From assembly GCA_040007435.1 (NCBI GenBank), contig JBDTUZ010000023.1:57736-89735 (forward strand): a DNA stretch of 32,000 nucleotides, read 5' to 3'. Below, in pieces: positions 8,512 through 17,914 of the stretch (the stretch's first letter is position 1; each line of letters opens with the position of its first letter). The notes under the pieces were generated by a model. That model saw only the letters and a list, made by a program, of their open reading frames with translations. It was not told where the DNA came from and made no database searches. The translations under genes and the position numbers were made by a program. The DNA comes from Ginsengibacter sp. GTDB lineage: Bacteria > Bacteroidota > Bacteroidia > Chitinophagales > Chitinophagaceae.

Positions 8512-9354
8512 TCATCCAAACTCCGGCCCCAAAATCGCAAATTGACTTTCCGGCACGCCGGGAAACTTATTTGTGCCACGATACATCCGAGTAAAGGAAC
8601 GCTGTTCTGTAAAACCAATTGAAGATAACCAGGCGATCCACACATCATTAAAATGCATTGCATCCACCATCACAGGTAGGCCGATACAATTTGATAATGC
8701 AGCAGTAAAAAGATCTTTTGCCATAGTTGCATCTTTGGCAACAACGGGGCCGATGTGTGTGAAGTCATGCCCATGGCGTCCTAAGCAGTAGCCCAGGATT
8801 TCACCATTGTCTTCAATCAAATATGCAAACTCAGGAGCACCTTCCAGCATCCATTCCAATAACGTTTGACGATCTGCTCCAAAAATTTCCCGGTCAAAAT
8901 TTGCAATTGCTTTTAGATCTTTTTTCTCAAGAGGTCGCGCTAAGGAAGTTGTAAGGTCTTTTGCAACCACTTTTGTACTCATCCTGATAATGCGGTATTC
9001 ATCAACAAAATTCAATTTTAAATATATCTCGCGGCCAGCTGGTGTAGCATCTAGTTTTATAGTTTCTTCGTTTTTCAAAATATGTAACGCTTCATGCAGA
9101 AGTTGCATTCCTATGCCATGCCCACGACTGCCAGGATCTACCAATACCATTCCACTCCAACTGAAAAAATTTTGATAGCGGATTGTTGTAACTGTTCCAA
9201 CAACATTTTCGTCGCAAGTAGCTACAAGGCAATCATGCGGACTCAGATGTAAAAATATTTCCCAATCCCGCGTAAGTTGATTCCATTTGGAGGCGCGGCA
9301 CAATGCCAGGCCGGCTGCGATATCATTATTGCTCATTAAGCGGAATACAATCAT
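8512..9354 (-). CDS. GNAT-family N-acetyltransferase with an additional C-terminal domain
   Basis: 280 aa. It has the acetyl-CoA-binding motif VDPGSRGHGIGMQLLHEAL. The two-domain length is typical of YitH-like GNATs. An alternative ATG lies at 9336. Confidence 0.8.
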   Translation of the reverse strand: MIVFRLMSNNDIAAGLALCRASKWNQLTRDWEIFLHLSPHDCLVATCDENVVGTVTTIRYQNFFSWSGMVLVDPGSRGHGIGMQLLHEALHILKNEETIKLDATPAGREIYLKLNFVDEYRIIRMSTKVVAKDLTTSLARPLEKKDLKAIANFDREIFGADRQTLLEWMLEGAPEFAYLIEDNGEILGYCLGRHGHDFTHIGPVVAKDATMAKDLFTAALSNCIGLPVMVDAMHFNDVWIAWLSSIGFTEQRSFTRMYRGTNKFPGVPESQFAILGPEFG

Positions 9355-9541
9355 TACATTATTTGTTTAAATAACTTATTCTTCAAAATATACCTGCTAA
9401 AATTATAAAATGAAAGTGTGTGTACATTTAATTATTATTTATCTATTTTTATTATAACACTCCCAAAGTGCACAAAAGAGCATAAATTATCTTCGATTAA
9501 TTTATACAATTGACGGCAGTTTGTTTTAAACATTAACATAC

Positions 9542-10486
9542 ATGCAAAGCAAAGCTTTTCGGGAGAAGTATTTCTTACTCGCATTCTGTTTCTTATTTAT
9601 TAATACTATGGTTGTTGCACAACATTTCAGAACAAAAAAAACGGCAGAAGGTATAGAGATAATTGAGAATGGAAAAAAAGTTTTGTTTTACCAGGTACAG
9701 CCAAAAGCAGTTGAAGGGAAATATGAAAGAGCCGGTTACGTGCATCCGCTTTACAGTTTGAATGAAAATATTTTGACGGATGATTCGCCCCCGGATCATC
9801 CTTATCACAGAGGCATTTTTTGGGCGTGGCACCAGGTAATATTAAATGGTAAAAACATTGCAGATGGTTGGATGTCGGAACATATAAGTTGGAAGCCAAT
9901 AAGAGTAAAAACAAAAAAGGAGAGAAACAAAATTACACTGCACTCGCAACTAATATGGAATGCCGAACTATCTCCTGAAGTTCTCACACCAATCGTGAAA
10001 GAGGAAACAACGATCACTGTTTTTAAAGCGACTGCTCAATACCGTATATTGGATTTTGACATTAATTTATTCGCTCTTGTTGACCACTTAAAAATTGGCG
10101 GATCAGATGATGCAAAAGGTTATGGCGGATTTTGTTTGCGATTAAAGCTTCCCCCAGATATTTCATTTATTTCTGAAAACAAAAAAGTACTGCCGCAAGA
10201 AACTGCTGTGCTGGCTGGCCCATGGATGGATTTTACCGGTTCATTCGAGGGAGAAAATATGCCGAAGAGCGGTGTTATTGTATTTGGATATCCGCCTAAT
10301 GCCAATGCCAAATATCCATGGATTTTACGAAGTGTTACGAGCATGCAAAATATTCCTTATCCTGGTAGAACGCCCGTGGAATTATCCAGGCAAGGCTTGC
10401 ATCTTTCTTACCGGGTGATTATTCATAACAGGGAAATTAGTGGAGAGGATATAAAAAAATTATATAAGGAGTATTATCATCTTTAG
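9542..10486 (+). CDS. PmoA-family / DUF6807-like secreted protein
   Basis: 314 aa with a signal peptide (…LLAFCFLFINTMVVAQ). GYVHPLYSLNENILTDDSPPDHPYHRGIFWAWHQV matches the family hallmark as I recall it (HPL...DHPxHRG.[FW].W). Confidence 0.7.
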   Translation: MQSKAFREKYFLLAFCFLFINTMVVAQHFRTKKTAEGIEIIENGKKVLFYQVQPKAVEGKYERAGYVHPLYSLNENILTDDSPPDHPYHRGIFWAWHQVILNGKNIADGWMSEHISWKPIRVKTKKERNKITLHSQLIWNAELSPEVLTPIVKEETTITVFKATAQYRILDFDINLFALVDHLKIGGSDDAKGYGGFCLRLKLPPDISFISENKKVLPQETAVLAGPWMDFTGSFEGENMPKSGVIVFGYPPNANAKYPWILRSVTSMQNIPYPGRTPVELSRQGLHLSYRVIIHNREISGEDIKKLYKEYYHL

Positions 10487-10507
10487 ACAACCTCGCCTAT
10501 CGGCTCA

Positions 10508-11770
10508 CTAATCTTCTTCGACATAATTAATGTCCTTCTTGAAAGTTTCTTCTAAAAAAATAAGGGCAATAACGGCAATAACATAAGTAATGAATGCGAC
10601 CACCAGTGCACTTTTAATTACGCCCATATTTGTCTTCATCAATAAAAAAAGCGCTGTCATAGGAATAATAGTTCCTCTTACAAAATTGGGTACGGTTGTA
10701 GCAACCGTTGCCCTGAGATTAGAGCCGAAAAGTTCTGCTGCAACCGTTATGAAAAGCGTCCAGTAACCGCTGCAAAAACCAAGGCATGCTGATAACACAT
10801 ATAACAATGCAGGGCTCTTCATTGGCACCAGCAAATAGATTAATACAAATACTAAGGAGCCCAGCATAAATAAAAGAATTACTTTTTTCCTGCTTTGCAG
10901 GTATTGACTAAGAGCACCACTGATAATGTTCCCTGCAACCTGCCCGGCGAAAGCAAATAAGACAGCTTTGCCTGCATCAATCGGCTGATCGATGCCCAAT
11001 GCTTTTCCAAACTCTGGCGAGAATGTAATCAATACACCAACCACAAACCAAATCGGCATTCCTATTACAATACTGGTAATATATTTTAATAAACGTGTTC
11101 TATTATTAAAGAGCATCCAAATATCACCGCGCTTAACATTCGTCTCTTTTATTTTAATGAAGATACCCGATTCAAAAACTCTGATACGCATAACCATCAG
11201 CAATAGCCCAAGACCCCCACCGATAAAATAGGATGCACGCCAATCAAACAGCCATGAGATTAAATAAGCAAGCAATGCGCCAAACACACCCATTGTCGCA
11301 ACAAGTGTTGTTCCATATCCACGGATTTTATTTGGAAGAATTTCGGTAACCAGTGTAATACCGGCGCCCAATTCACCTGCAAGCCCGAAGCCTGCCACGA
11401 AACGCAATACAGCATACGCTCCTATAGAGGTAACAAATCCGTTCCCAATATTTGCCAAAGAATAAATAAGTATCGAACCGAACAAAACAGAGAGGCGTCC
11501 TTTTTTATCACCGATAATACCCCATACGATTCCGCCAATAAGTAATCCCGCCATTTGTAAATTGAGCAACATAATACCATTTTGCATAATGCTATCACCC
11601 GAAATATTTAGTGATTTCAAACTGGGCACACGTACTATACTGAAGAGAAACAGGTCATACATGTCAACCATGTATCCCAGGGCCGCAACTAATACTGGTA
11701 TCCTCAAGAGCTCGCTGGTAATGGATTTGGAAGAATAATTACCGGGCGTATCTTTCAATGAATTTATCAT
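10508..11770 (-). CDS. MFS transporter
   Basis: 420 aa with about 12 hydrophobic helices. It has the MFS loop 2-3 motif GIIGDKKGRLSVL. It is the last gene of the 17763-10508 gene string. Confidence 0.85.
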   Translation of the reverse strand: MINSLKDTPGNYSSKSITSELLRIPVLVAALGYMVDMYDLFLFSIVRVPSLKSLNISGDSIMQNGIMLLNLQMAGLLIGGIVWGIIGDKKGRLSVLFGSILIYSLANIGNGFVTSIGAYAVLRFVAGFGLAGELGAGITLVTEILPNKIRGYGTTLVATMGVFGALLAYLISWLFDWRASYFIGGGLGLLLMVMRIRVFESGIFIKIKETNVKRGDIWMLFNNRTRLLKYITSIVIGMPIWFVVGVLITFSPEFGKALGIDQPIDAGKAVLFAFAGQVAGNIISGALSQYLQSRKKVILLFMLGSLVFVLIYLLVPMKSPALLYVLSACLGFCSGYWTLFITVAAELFGSNLRATVATTVPNFVRGTIIPMTALFLLMKTNMGVIKSALVVAFITYVIAVIALIFLEETFKKDINYVEED

Positions 11771-11859
11771 TCAGTCTTCTTTGATTTATATATTGAATCA
11801 AAACATTTCTATTCCATTTGTTCGAAACCACAACTCTCATCGGGAATATTTATCATTAA

Positions 11860-13584
11860 CTAATTCTTTAAATGAGCGCTGACTAATTTATACACCTTTC
11901 CATCTTCTTTGGTTGTCAAATACAATTCTCCTTTACTATCCATACCAAATCTGAGGTCAACGCGATCGTTGTGGCAAAGCTTCGCTATGCTCGTGGGCAA
12001 ACCATTCATTGCGATATTCCATTTTTGAATAATTGCCTGTTTTCCTAAAATAATATCTGTCATATTCACATAAAATAATTTACCCGACCCAATATCACCG
12101 AATAAATATTTTTCTTTTAAAAGCGGTATTGCATTGCCGCGATATTCAAATCCGCCCGTGATTGCCGTGGACTCATCGTGATCAAGTTGAGCAACGGGAT
12201 AGGTTACATGAAATATTGAATCATTTGGCGGAAGTGGATATATCTTACCTGTTTCATTAAAAAACCGTTCTTCGAAAGTTCCTTCCCTGATGGGCCATCC
12301 ATAAAAATGTCCAGGTAATACGAGGTTTACCGATTCAATATTACTCTGCCCGATATTAACTGCAAGCATCTGCCCCGATTTACTCCAGCTAATGCGATGA
12401 GGGTTTCTAAAGCCATAAGCATAAATTTCAGGAGCCACATTCTCTGCAGTTTTTTTAACAAAAGGATTGCCGGGAGGAATGCCATATTTTCCATTTGAAC
12501 TATTATTTCCCGATGGATCTATGCGAATAATACTTCCCCATATTCTATCCGGAGTTGGTGATACCAGGGCATGCCCAATTTCAGCGCTTCCACCATCTCC
12601 AATGCCGATGTAAAGAAGGCCATAATCTTCGTCACCCGGCTTCGACCGCCGGTTAAAAGTAATCTCTTGCATTCCATGAATGCCGCTAGGCACATCAATC
12701 CGAAACAATTCTCTTCCCTTCCCCGAAAAAGGAAAAGTTTCCGGATCAGTTTTCCATTCTGTGAGCACCCATTGCATTACAACAGGGATAGAATCGGGAT
12801 AGTTAAAATCCGCTTTTGCTGATGCAGTAGGTTCCGTGTGCGTTGTATAAATGAGACCATTTTTTGAAAAGTTCGGGTGAAAGGCAAAGCTTCCAAAGCC
12901 AGTAGCGAGGCCGGGTTGGTTAATAAATTTAGGTTCCAGCTTCGACATATCCATATAGACTTCAGGCTTGCCATTTTGCAACTTATATAGTTTACCGCGC
13001 AGGTCAAGAACATACAAATCGCCGGTGTTAGGTTGATAGTCCAGTTTCGTAATTCTTGTAAGCGGCATTTGATCGGATGAAGCTGGGATTTGAGTTACAG
13101 AATCAATATCAACAACAAGACCGGAAGTCTTTATTGAATAAGGTATGGGGTTTTTTATATTATTGGTGTCTTCTTTTACGGCCATTCTTACATGCTTTGG
13201 TTTTGTATTAATAAAGGCAAGAAGTGCATCCATTTCAGAAGGAGATAAATAATCAAACGATGGCATAAGAGCCTTATATCTTTTAAATAATTTTTGAGCC
13301 GTCGTATCGCCGCTGTCAATTGCTTTTTTAGAATTACTTATAAAACTTCTGATCCATTCGACAGGCTGATCTTTTGTGATGCCGCCTAATTCTGGACCAA
13401 TACCATCCTGAGAAAAATTGTGGCAACTGCTGCATTTTTCGGCAAAAGATTTTTCTCCTTTTGCGATCGTCGCAGGATCTGTAGTGATTGAATTGTCGTT
13501 AGAAGACTCGCCGGAATTACAGGAGCTAAAGAAATATAGCTGGAGAAGTGCAGCAGTTGCAATGATCAGAAGATATTTTTTCAT
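11860..13584 (-). CDS. Lipoprotein fusing an N-terminal c-type cytochrome domain to a PQQ-dependent sugar (glucose/sorbosone-type) dehydrogenase beta-propeller
   Basis: 574 aa. It has a lipoprotein-type signal ending FFSSC, the heme motif CSSCH (nt 13420-13434) and a downstream ALMPSF Met. Propeller-region motifs include YAYGFRNPHRISW and HFYGWPIREG. Confidence 0.8.
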   Translation of the reverse strand: MKKYLLIIATAALLQLYFFSSCNSGESSNDNSITTDPATIAKGEKSFAEKCSSCHNFSQDGIGPELGGITKDQPVEWIRSFISNSKKAIDSGDTTAQKLFKRYKALMPSFDYLSPSEMDALLAFINTKPKHVRMAVKEDTNNIKNPIPYSIKTSGLVVDIDSVTQIPASSDQMPLTRITKLDYQPNTGDLYVLDLRGKLYKLQNGKPEVYMDMSKLEPKFINQPGLATGFGSFAFHPNFSKNGLIYTTHTEPTASAKADFNYPDSIPVVMQWVLTEWKTDPETFPFSGKGRELFRIDVPSGIHGMQEITFNRRSKPGDEDYGLLYIGIGDGGSAEIGHALVSPTPDRIWGSIIRIDPSGNNSSNGKYGIPPGNPFVKKTAENVAPEIYAYGFRNPHRISWSKSGQMLAVNIGQSNIESVNLVLPGHFYGWPIREGTFEERFFNETGKIYPLPPNDSIFHVTYPVAQLDHDESTAITGGFEYRGNAIPLLKEKYLFGDIGSGKLFYVNMTDIILGKQAIIQKWNIAMNGLPTSIAKLCHNDRVDLRFGMDSKGELYLTTKEDGKVYKLVSAHLKN

Positions 13585-13604
13585 TGTGTTTTGTATAAAT
13601 GTTT

Positions 13605-14375
13605 TTATAATCTCGGAATAGTTAATCCGCCATCTACCATAATCACCTGGCCGGTGGAATAAGCGAAATCGCCTTTAGCAAGTGATGCCACAACTTTTCC
13701 AATATCTTCTGGCTCCCCCCACCTGCTTTGAACGCATAATCCATCAGCAATTAGTTTGTCGTATTTTTCTTTAACACCTGACGTCATATCTGTATTAATA
13801 ATTCCCGGCCGCACTTCATAAACAGGAATATTATATTCGCCAAGTCTCACGGCAAACAATTGCGTAGCCATACTTACACCAGCCTTTGAAACACAATATT
13901 CACCTCTGTTTACAGAAACCACGGTTGCAGACATGGAAGAAATATTGATGATGCAACCTTTGAAATCTATATCAGTACTTCGTTGCTGAATCATCCAGTT
14001 TGCTACTTGTTGAGTAAGAAAATAAGGCCCTTTTAAATTAATGTCCATAACGTCGTCAAAACTTTCTTCGGTTGCATTAAGAATATCTTTGCGCTCCCTT
14101 GGGGCAATGCCTGCATTATTTATCAGTATATTCAGTTTGCCATAATAGTCTTTTATTTCCTGCATTATTTTATTCCTATCGCCTGGAGAAGCAACATTTC
14201 CCTGGCAATAAATAACATCAGCACCATAATTCTTTAGTTCTTTTAATGGTTGCTCAACAAGATTTGATGAACGGGTTCCGTTGATGACGAGGTCAAAATT
14301 ATTTTGTGCAAGTTCCTTTGCAATTCCAAAACCAATACCGCGGCTGCCTCCTGTTATTAAAGCGACTCTTTTCAT
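13605..14375 (-). CDS. Short-chain dehydrogenase/reductase (3-oxoacyl-ACP reductase-like)
   Basis: 256 aa. It has the motifs ITGGSRGIGFGIA (TGxxxGIG), NNAG and a YxxxK element (YCVSK). Confidence 0.85.
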   Translation of the reverse strand: MKRVALITGGSRGIGFGIAKELAQNNFDLVINGTRSSNLVEQPLKELKNYGADVIYCQGNVASPGDRNKIMQEIKDYYGKLNILINNAGIAPRERKDILNATEESFDDVMDINLKGPYFLTQQVANWMIQQRSTDIDFKGCIINISSMSATVVSVNRGEYCVSKAGVSMATQLFAVRLGEYNIPVYEVRPGIINTDMTSGVKEKYDKLIADGLCVQSRWGEPEDIGKVVASLAKGDFAYSTGQVIMVDGGLTIPRL

Positions 14376-14390
14376 TTTCTTAATAAAAAT

Positions 14391-15536
14391 TTATAGATCA
14401 GGAATATCAACCCAACACTTTTTTTTCCAGCTTTCAATTCCTTTTTCGGCAAGCTGAACTCCTTTCACACCCTCACGCATATCCCACGGAAAGGGATCGT
14501 CCTTCAAAACGTGTTTTAAAAATAATTCCCATTGAACTTTGAAAGCATTTTCATAAGTCTCCTGTTCAGGCACTTTAGCCCAGCCTTCAAAGAAATTAAT
14601 AGGTTGAGCAATATCCGGATTCCAAACCGGCTTGGGAGTATTCCCATAATGTTGAATGTAACATTCACGCAAACCTGCTACAGCAGATCCTTTTGTCCCA
14701 TCAACCTGGAGCGTTAGCAAATCATCGCGCCGTACTCTCACTGTCCATGACGAATTAAATTGAGCAATAACACCGCCCTCCAATTCGAAAGTTGCATACG
14801 CCGAATCATCCGCAGTACATTTATAAGGCTTACCCTGCTCATCGATCCTTTGCGGAATATGTGTTGCGCCCAAACAGGAAACAGCTTTCACTTTTCCAAA
14901 AACATTATCGAGCAGATAGCGCCAGTGGCAAAGCATATCCACAATAATTCCACCATCATCTTCACTGCGGTAATTCCATGATGGCCTTTGAGCAGGAATC
15001 GAATCTCCTTCAAAAACCCAATAGCCAAACTCTCCCCGCACAGAAAGTATCTCGCCAAAAAAACCTTGCTGAATAAGTCGCTTAATCTTTAAAATTCCGG
15101 GAAGCCAAAGTTTATCCTGCACTACTCCATTTTTTACCTTATGCTCTTTGCATAGCTGGTACAATTCCATGGCTTGCTGCGTATTTGCAGCAATAGGTTT
15201 TTCACAATAAATATGCTTTCCTGCTTTTATCGCTTTGCTTACTCCTTCTATCCTTTTGCCTGTTATTTGCGCATCGAAATAAATACTATTATAAGGATCA
15301 GCAAGTGCCTCATCCAAATTTATGGTCATTTTTGTTACGCCGGAAAGTTGGCAAAGTTTTTTTAATTTATTTTCATCACGGCCAACAAGTATGGGATCAG
15401 GCATAATCGTTTCACCCGGGCTTATTTTTACTCCTCCCTGTTTTATGATTTCAGCAATTGAACGTAACAAGTGTTGGTTGGTTCCCATGCGCCCTGTTAC
15501 TCCATTCATGATGATGCCAATTTTATGCTCTGCCAT
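14391..15536 (-). CDS. Gfo/Idh/MocA-family NAD(P)-dependent oxidoreductase
   Basis: 381 aa. It has the N-terminal Rossmann segment KIGIIMNGVTGRMGTNQH and EKP (HIYCEKPIA) motifs. No signal or TAT peptide is visible. Confidence 0.85.
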   Translation of the reverse strand: MAEHKIGIIMNGVTGRMGTNQHLLRSIAEIIKQGGVKISPGETIMPDPILVGRDENKLKKLCQLSGVTKMTINLDEALADPYNSIYFDAQITGKRIEGVSKAIKAGKHIYCEKPIAANTQQAMELYQLCKEHKVKNGVVQDKLWLPGILKIKRLIQQGFFGEILSVRGEFGYWVFEGDSIPAQRPSWNYRSEDDGGIIVDMLCHWRYLLDNVFGKVKAVSCLGATHIPQRIDEQGKPYKCTADDSAYATFELEGGVIAQFNSSWTVRVRRDDLLTLQVDGTKGSAVAGLRECYIQHYGNTPKPVWNPDIAQPINFFEGWAKVPEQETYENAFKVQWELFLKHVLKDDPFPWDMREGVKGVQLAEKGIESWKKKCWVDIPDL

Positions 15537-15556
15537 TTATTTCTTCTTTAAAATAT

Positions 15557-16390
15557 TTATGAATGTTCTTTATATGCGGTGATAATTTTTTTAAGAAATT
15601 CCGCCTGGTCTTCTTTCCAATAACTTGTTGAAAAAATTTCTACTTCATTAAAACCATTGAAACCCGCGGCTTCCACCCACGATCTTATTTTTTTTATAGG
15701 AATGCAACCTTCTCCCATTAATCCGCGATCGAGTAAAAAATCTGTTGTAGGTACTTTCCAGTCACAGATATGAAATGCAAAAAGATTTTCATTTTTGCCG
15801 CAACGCCTTATTTCGTTTTCTAAAAGCGAATCCCACCAAAGGTGATAAACATCTGCCGCAACACCAACCCACGGTGAGTTCAATTCTTCAGCCATATCGT
15901 TTGCCTGCGCCAATGTATTAATTGCCGAACGGGTATCGGCATACATCGGATGCAAAGGTTCTATTGCGAGTTTCACTCCCGCCGCCTTTGCTTCCGGAAT
16001 TATTTCCGCTATGCCATCCCTAATCTGCTTTCTTGATTCTTCCAAACTTTGCGATGGATCAGCACCACATACAAGAACGATCATGTCAGTCCCAAGTGCT
16101 GCAGCTTCCTCAATGGCTTTCAGGTTATCTTCAATCGCCTGTTTTCTTTTATTTAAGTCTTTGGAAGGGAAAAATCCACCGCGGCAAAGTGACACAATCG
16201 TTAAATCATGATCCCGAAGCATCACGCCGGTTTGCTTTATATTTCTTCCCTCCAGCGTATCTCGCCAAACGGTGATCGCTTTTACTCCTGCTGCCGAAAA
16301 ATTCTTTGCAGCTTCTTCTATTTTCCACGGTTTGGTGGTGATAGTATGAATACACAATTTAGAAATATCTGTATGGGGCCGGATGCTCAT
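15557..16390 (-). CDS. Sugar phosphate isomerase/epimerase-family (xylose isomerase-like TIM barrel) protein
   Basis: 277 aa. Its length and pattern (…LAIEPLHPMYADTRS…, …AFHICDW…) fit AP_endonuc_2/xylose-isomerase-like barrels. Its ATG overlaps the upstream gene's TGA (ATGA at 16387-16390). Confidence 0.8.
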   Translation of the reverse strand: MSIRPHTDISKLCIHTITTKPWKIEEAAKNFSAAGVKAITVWRDTLEGRNIKQTGVMLRDHDLTIVSLCRGGFFPSKDLNKRKQAIEDNLKAIEEAAALGTDMIVLVCGADPSQSLEESRKQIRDGIAEIIPEAKAAGVKLAIEPLHPMYADTRSAINTLAQANDMAEELNSPWVGVAADVYHLWWDSLLENEIRRCGKNENLFAFHICDWKVPTTDFLLDRGLMGEGCIPIKKIRSWVEAAGFNGFNEVEIFSTSYWKEDQAEFLKKIITAYKEHS

Positions 16391-17763
16391 TGAATATTAA
16401 AAAAGGTATAATACGTTTCGTTATTAATAATTCTCTGCAGGTAAAGGGCAACTTCACGGGCATGATAATCTCCCCACATACTTGATTCACCATTTGGAAT
16501 TTTGCTTCCGGGCGGTATATAATCCCATCCATTCGGGCGATGATAAACAGAGTGTAAAATTAAGCCCTGGTGATTGTCATCCGTACTAAGATAAGGATCA
16601 TCAAAAAGACTATTCAATACCGTTAGTCCGGCCTTCCCATAATGATCTCCGGCTTTGCTATCACCATGTTCGTGCAGATATTTACCCAGTCTTAATAATC
16701 CTTGTGCTGCGATCGCTGCTGCGGAACTATCAACAGGTTCATAGTCATTATATGGGTCGGCAGGTTTACTTAAGTAATCCTGTAAACTTTTGAGACCAGG
16801 TGCGCCTGTATCCCAGTATGGAATCCCGTCTGAAGGGGTGTTCGCTATATAAAAATCGCAGGTAGCCTTCGCGGCCCTCAGCATCCATGCTATAGTGCTT
16901 TCTTTTCCTGAAAATGAACGTAACTCCTTTTCATCAATGCTGTCAAACCATTCAAGTTGCTCGGCAAATCCGCATATTGCCCATGCAAGACCGCGTGTCC
17001 ACGTGGTAAAACCTGAGTATCCCTGTTGGGAATTTGGGCAACGGAAATTTCCGTCTTTTACATTGAACACACTTTCGTGTGCCGTTCTTCCCCACACATC
17101 ATACATGTCACGCCCTTCACCATAAAAAACAGAATAGTTCGCGGTCGCCTTCATGTGGTCAATAGTGCGTTGAAGCAAACTAATTTGAATGTCACCTTCG
17201 GACTGAAGGACATGTCCTAAAGCATGACTGAGAACAAGAGAGCGACATGAACGAATCGTATCGACAAAAAGAGAATGTGCCCCATTGAAAGAGTGAATGA
17301 AACCGCCATCTTTGATTGATGTCCACCTACTTGACTGTATCGCTCCTGAGATTTTTAATGCTAAAGAATAAAAATTTCTTTCCCATTCATTAAAATCAAT
17401 TTTTCCTTCCTTCATTAATCGAAGCAGATTTCCGTAAGTGCTTACATTATTAAAGCCATGATCGTGCACGCCTGTATGACTGATGTGAGGCGCCATTAAT
17501 TCCACAGTTTTCTTTCGACCTGCTTCTAGCACTGCTCTGTCGCCTGTTGCATCAAACTGCAATATCATAGAGCCATATAAAAATCCCTGCGTCCATTCCG
17601 TCCAGCCTCTTGTTATGTATTTACCTTCAACCGTAAAAACGGGCGAACCTTTTTTATCATCATATTTTTTTTCGAGCAGGTCAATTTTTTTTTCGGAAAG
17701 CTGCCAAAATCTTTTAAGTTTTGAATCGAGATCTGATGGATTTAATGAAGAATTTATAATCAT
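16387..17763 (-). CDS. GH88-like (alpha/alpha)6-barrel glycoside hydrolase (unsaturated glucuronyl hydrolase-like), cytoplasmic
   Basis: 458 aa with no signal peptide. TRGWTEWTQGFLYGS, GVHDHGFNN and FTTWTRGLAWAICGF resemble GH88 motifs (HDxGF; W.RGQAW..yG). It is longer than typical GH88 enzymes, so the assignment is provisional. Confidence 0.6.
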   Translation of the reverse strand: MIINSSLNPSDLDSKLKRFWQLSEKKIDLLEKKYDDKKGSPVFTVEGKYITRGWTEWTQGFLYGSMILQFDATGDRAVLEAGRKKTVELMAPHISHTGVHDHGFNNVSTYGNLLRLMKEGKIDFNEWERNFYSLALKISGAIQSSRWTSIKDGGFIHSFNGAHSLFVDTIRSCRSLVLSHALGHVLQSEGDIQISLLQRTIDHMKATANYSVFYGEGRDMYDVWGRTAHESVFNVKDGNFRCPNSQQGYSGFTTWTRGLAWAICGFAEQLEWFDSIDEKELRSFSGKESTIAWMLRAAKATCDFYIANTPSDGIPYWDTGAPGLKSLQDYLSKPADPYNDYEPVDSSAAAIAAQGLLRLGKYLHEHGDSKAGDHYGKAGLTVLNSLFDDPYLSTDDNHQGLILHSVYHRPNGWDYIPPGSKIPNGESSMWGDYHAREVALYLQRIINNETYYTFFNIQ

Positions 17764-17914
17764 CGCGGAGTTTGTAACTGATTATTTTTTTCAATTTATA
17801 TACTTATTTTTTTATAACAGTATTTTTTTGAAAAAAAACAGACACGATGCAATAAAATAATTACTGTGTAAATTAAGAAAGTGCATTTTGTAAATGAATT
17901 TCAAGCGACCTTCT

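Noticed and set aside
8469-8663. 64-aa minus-strand ORF overlapping the 3' end of the GNAT gene, and a weak hairpin aggggtccagatattttgcccct near 8489-8511
   Set aside because: The ORF is out of frame with, and nested in, the GNAT gene. The hairpin has only a 5-bp stem with a 13-nt loop and no U-run, so a terminator call is not supported.
17784-17840. Several homopolymer runs (T7-T8, A8) upstream of the GH88-like operon as possible slipped-strand phase-variation tracts
   Set aside because: Runs of this length are expected in AT-rich promoter DNA, none lies inside a coding frame, and there is no evidence of length variability from a single sequence.
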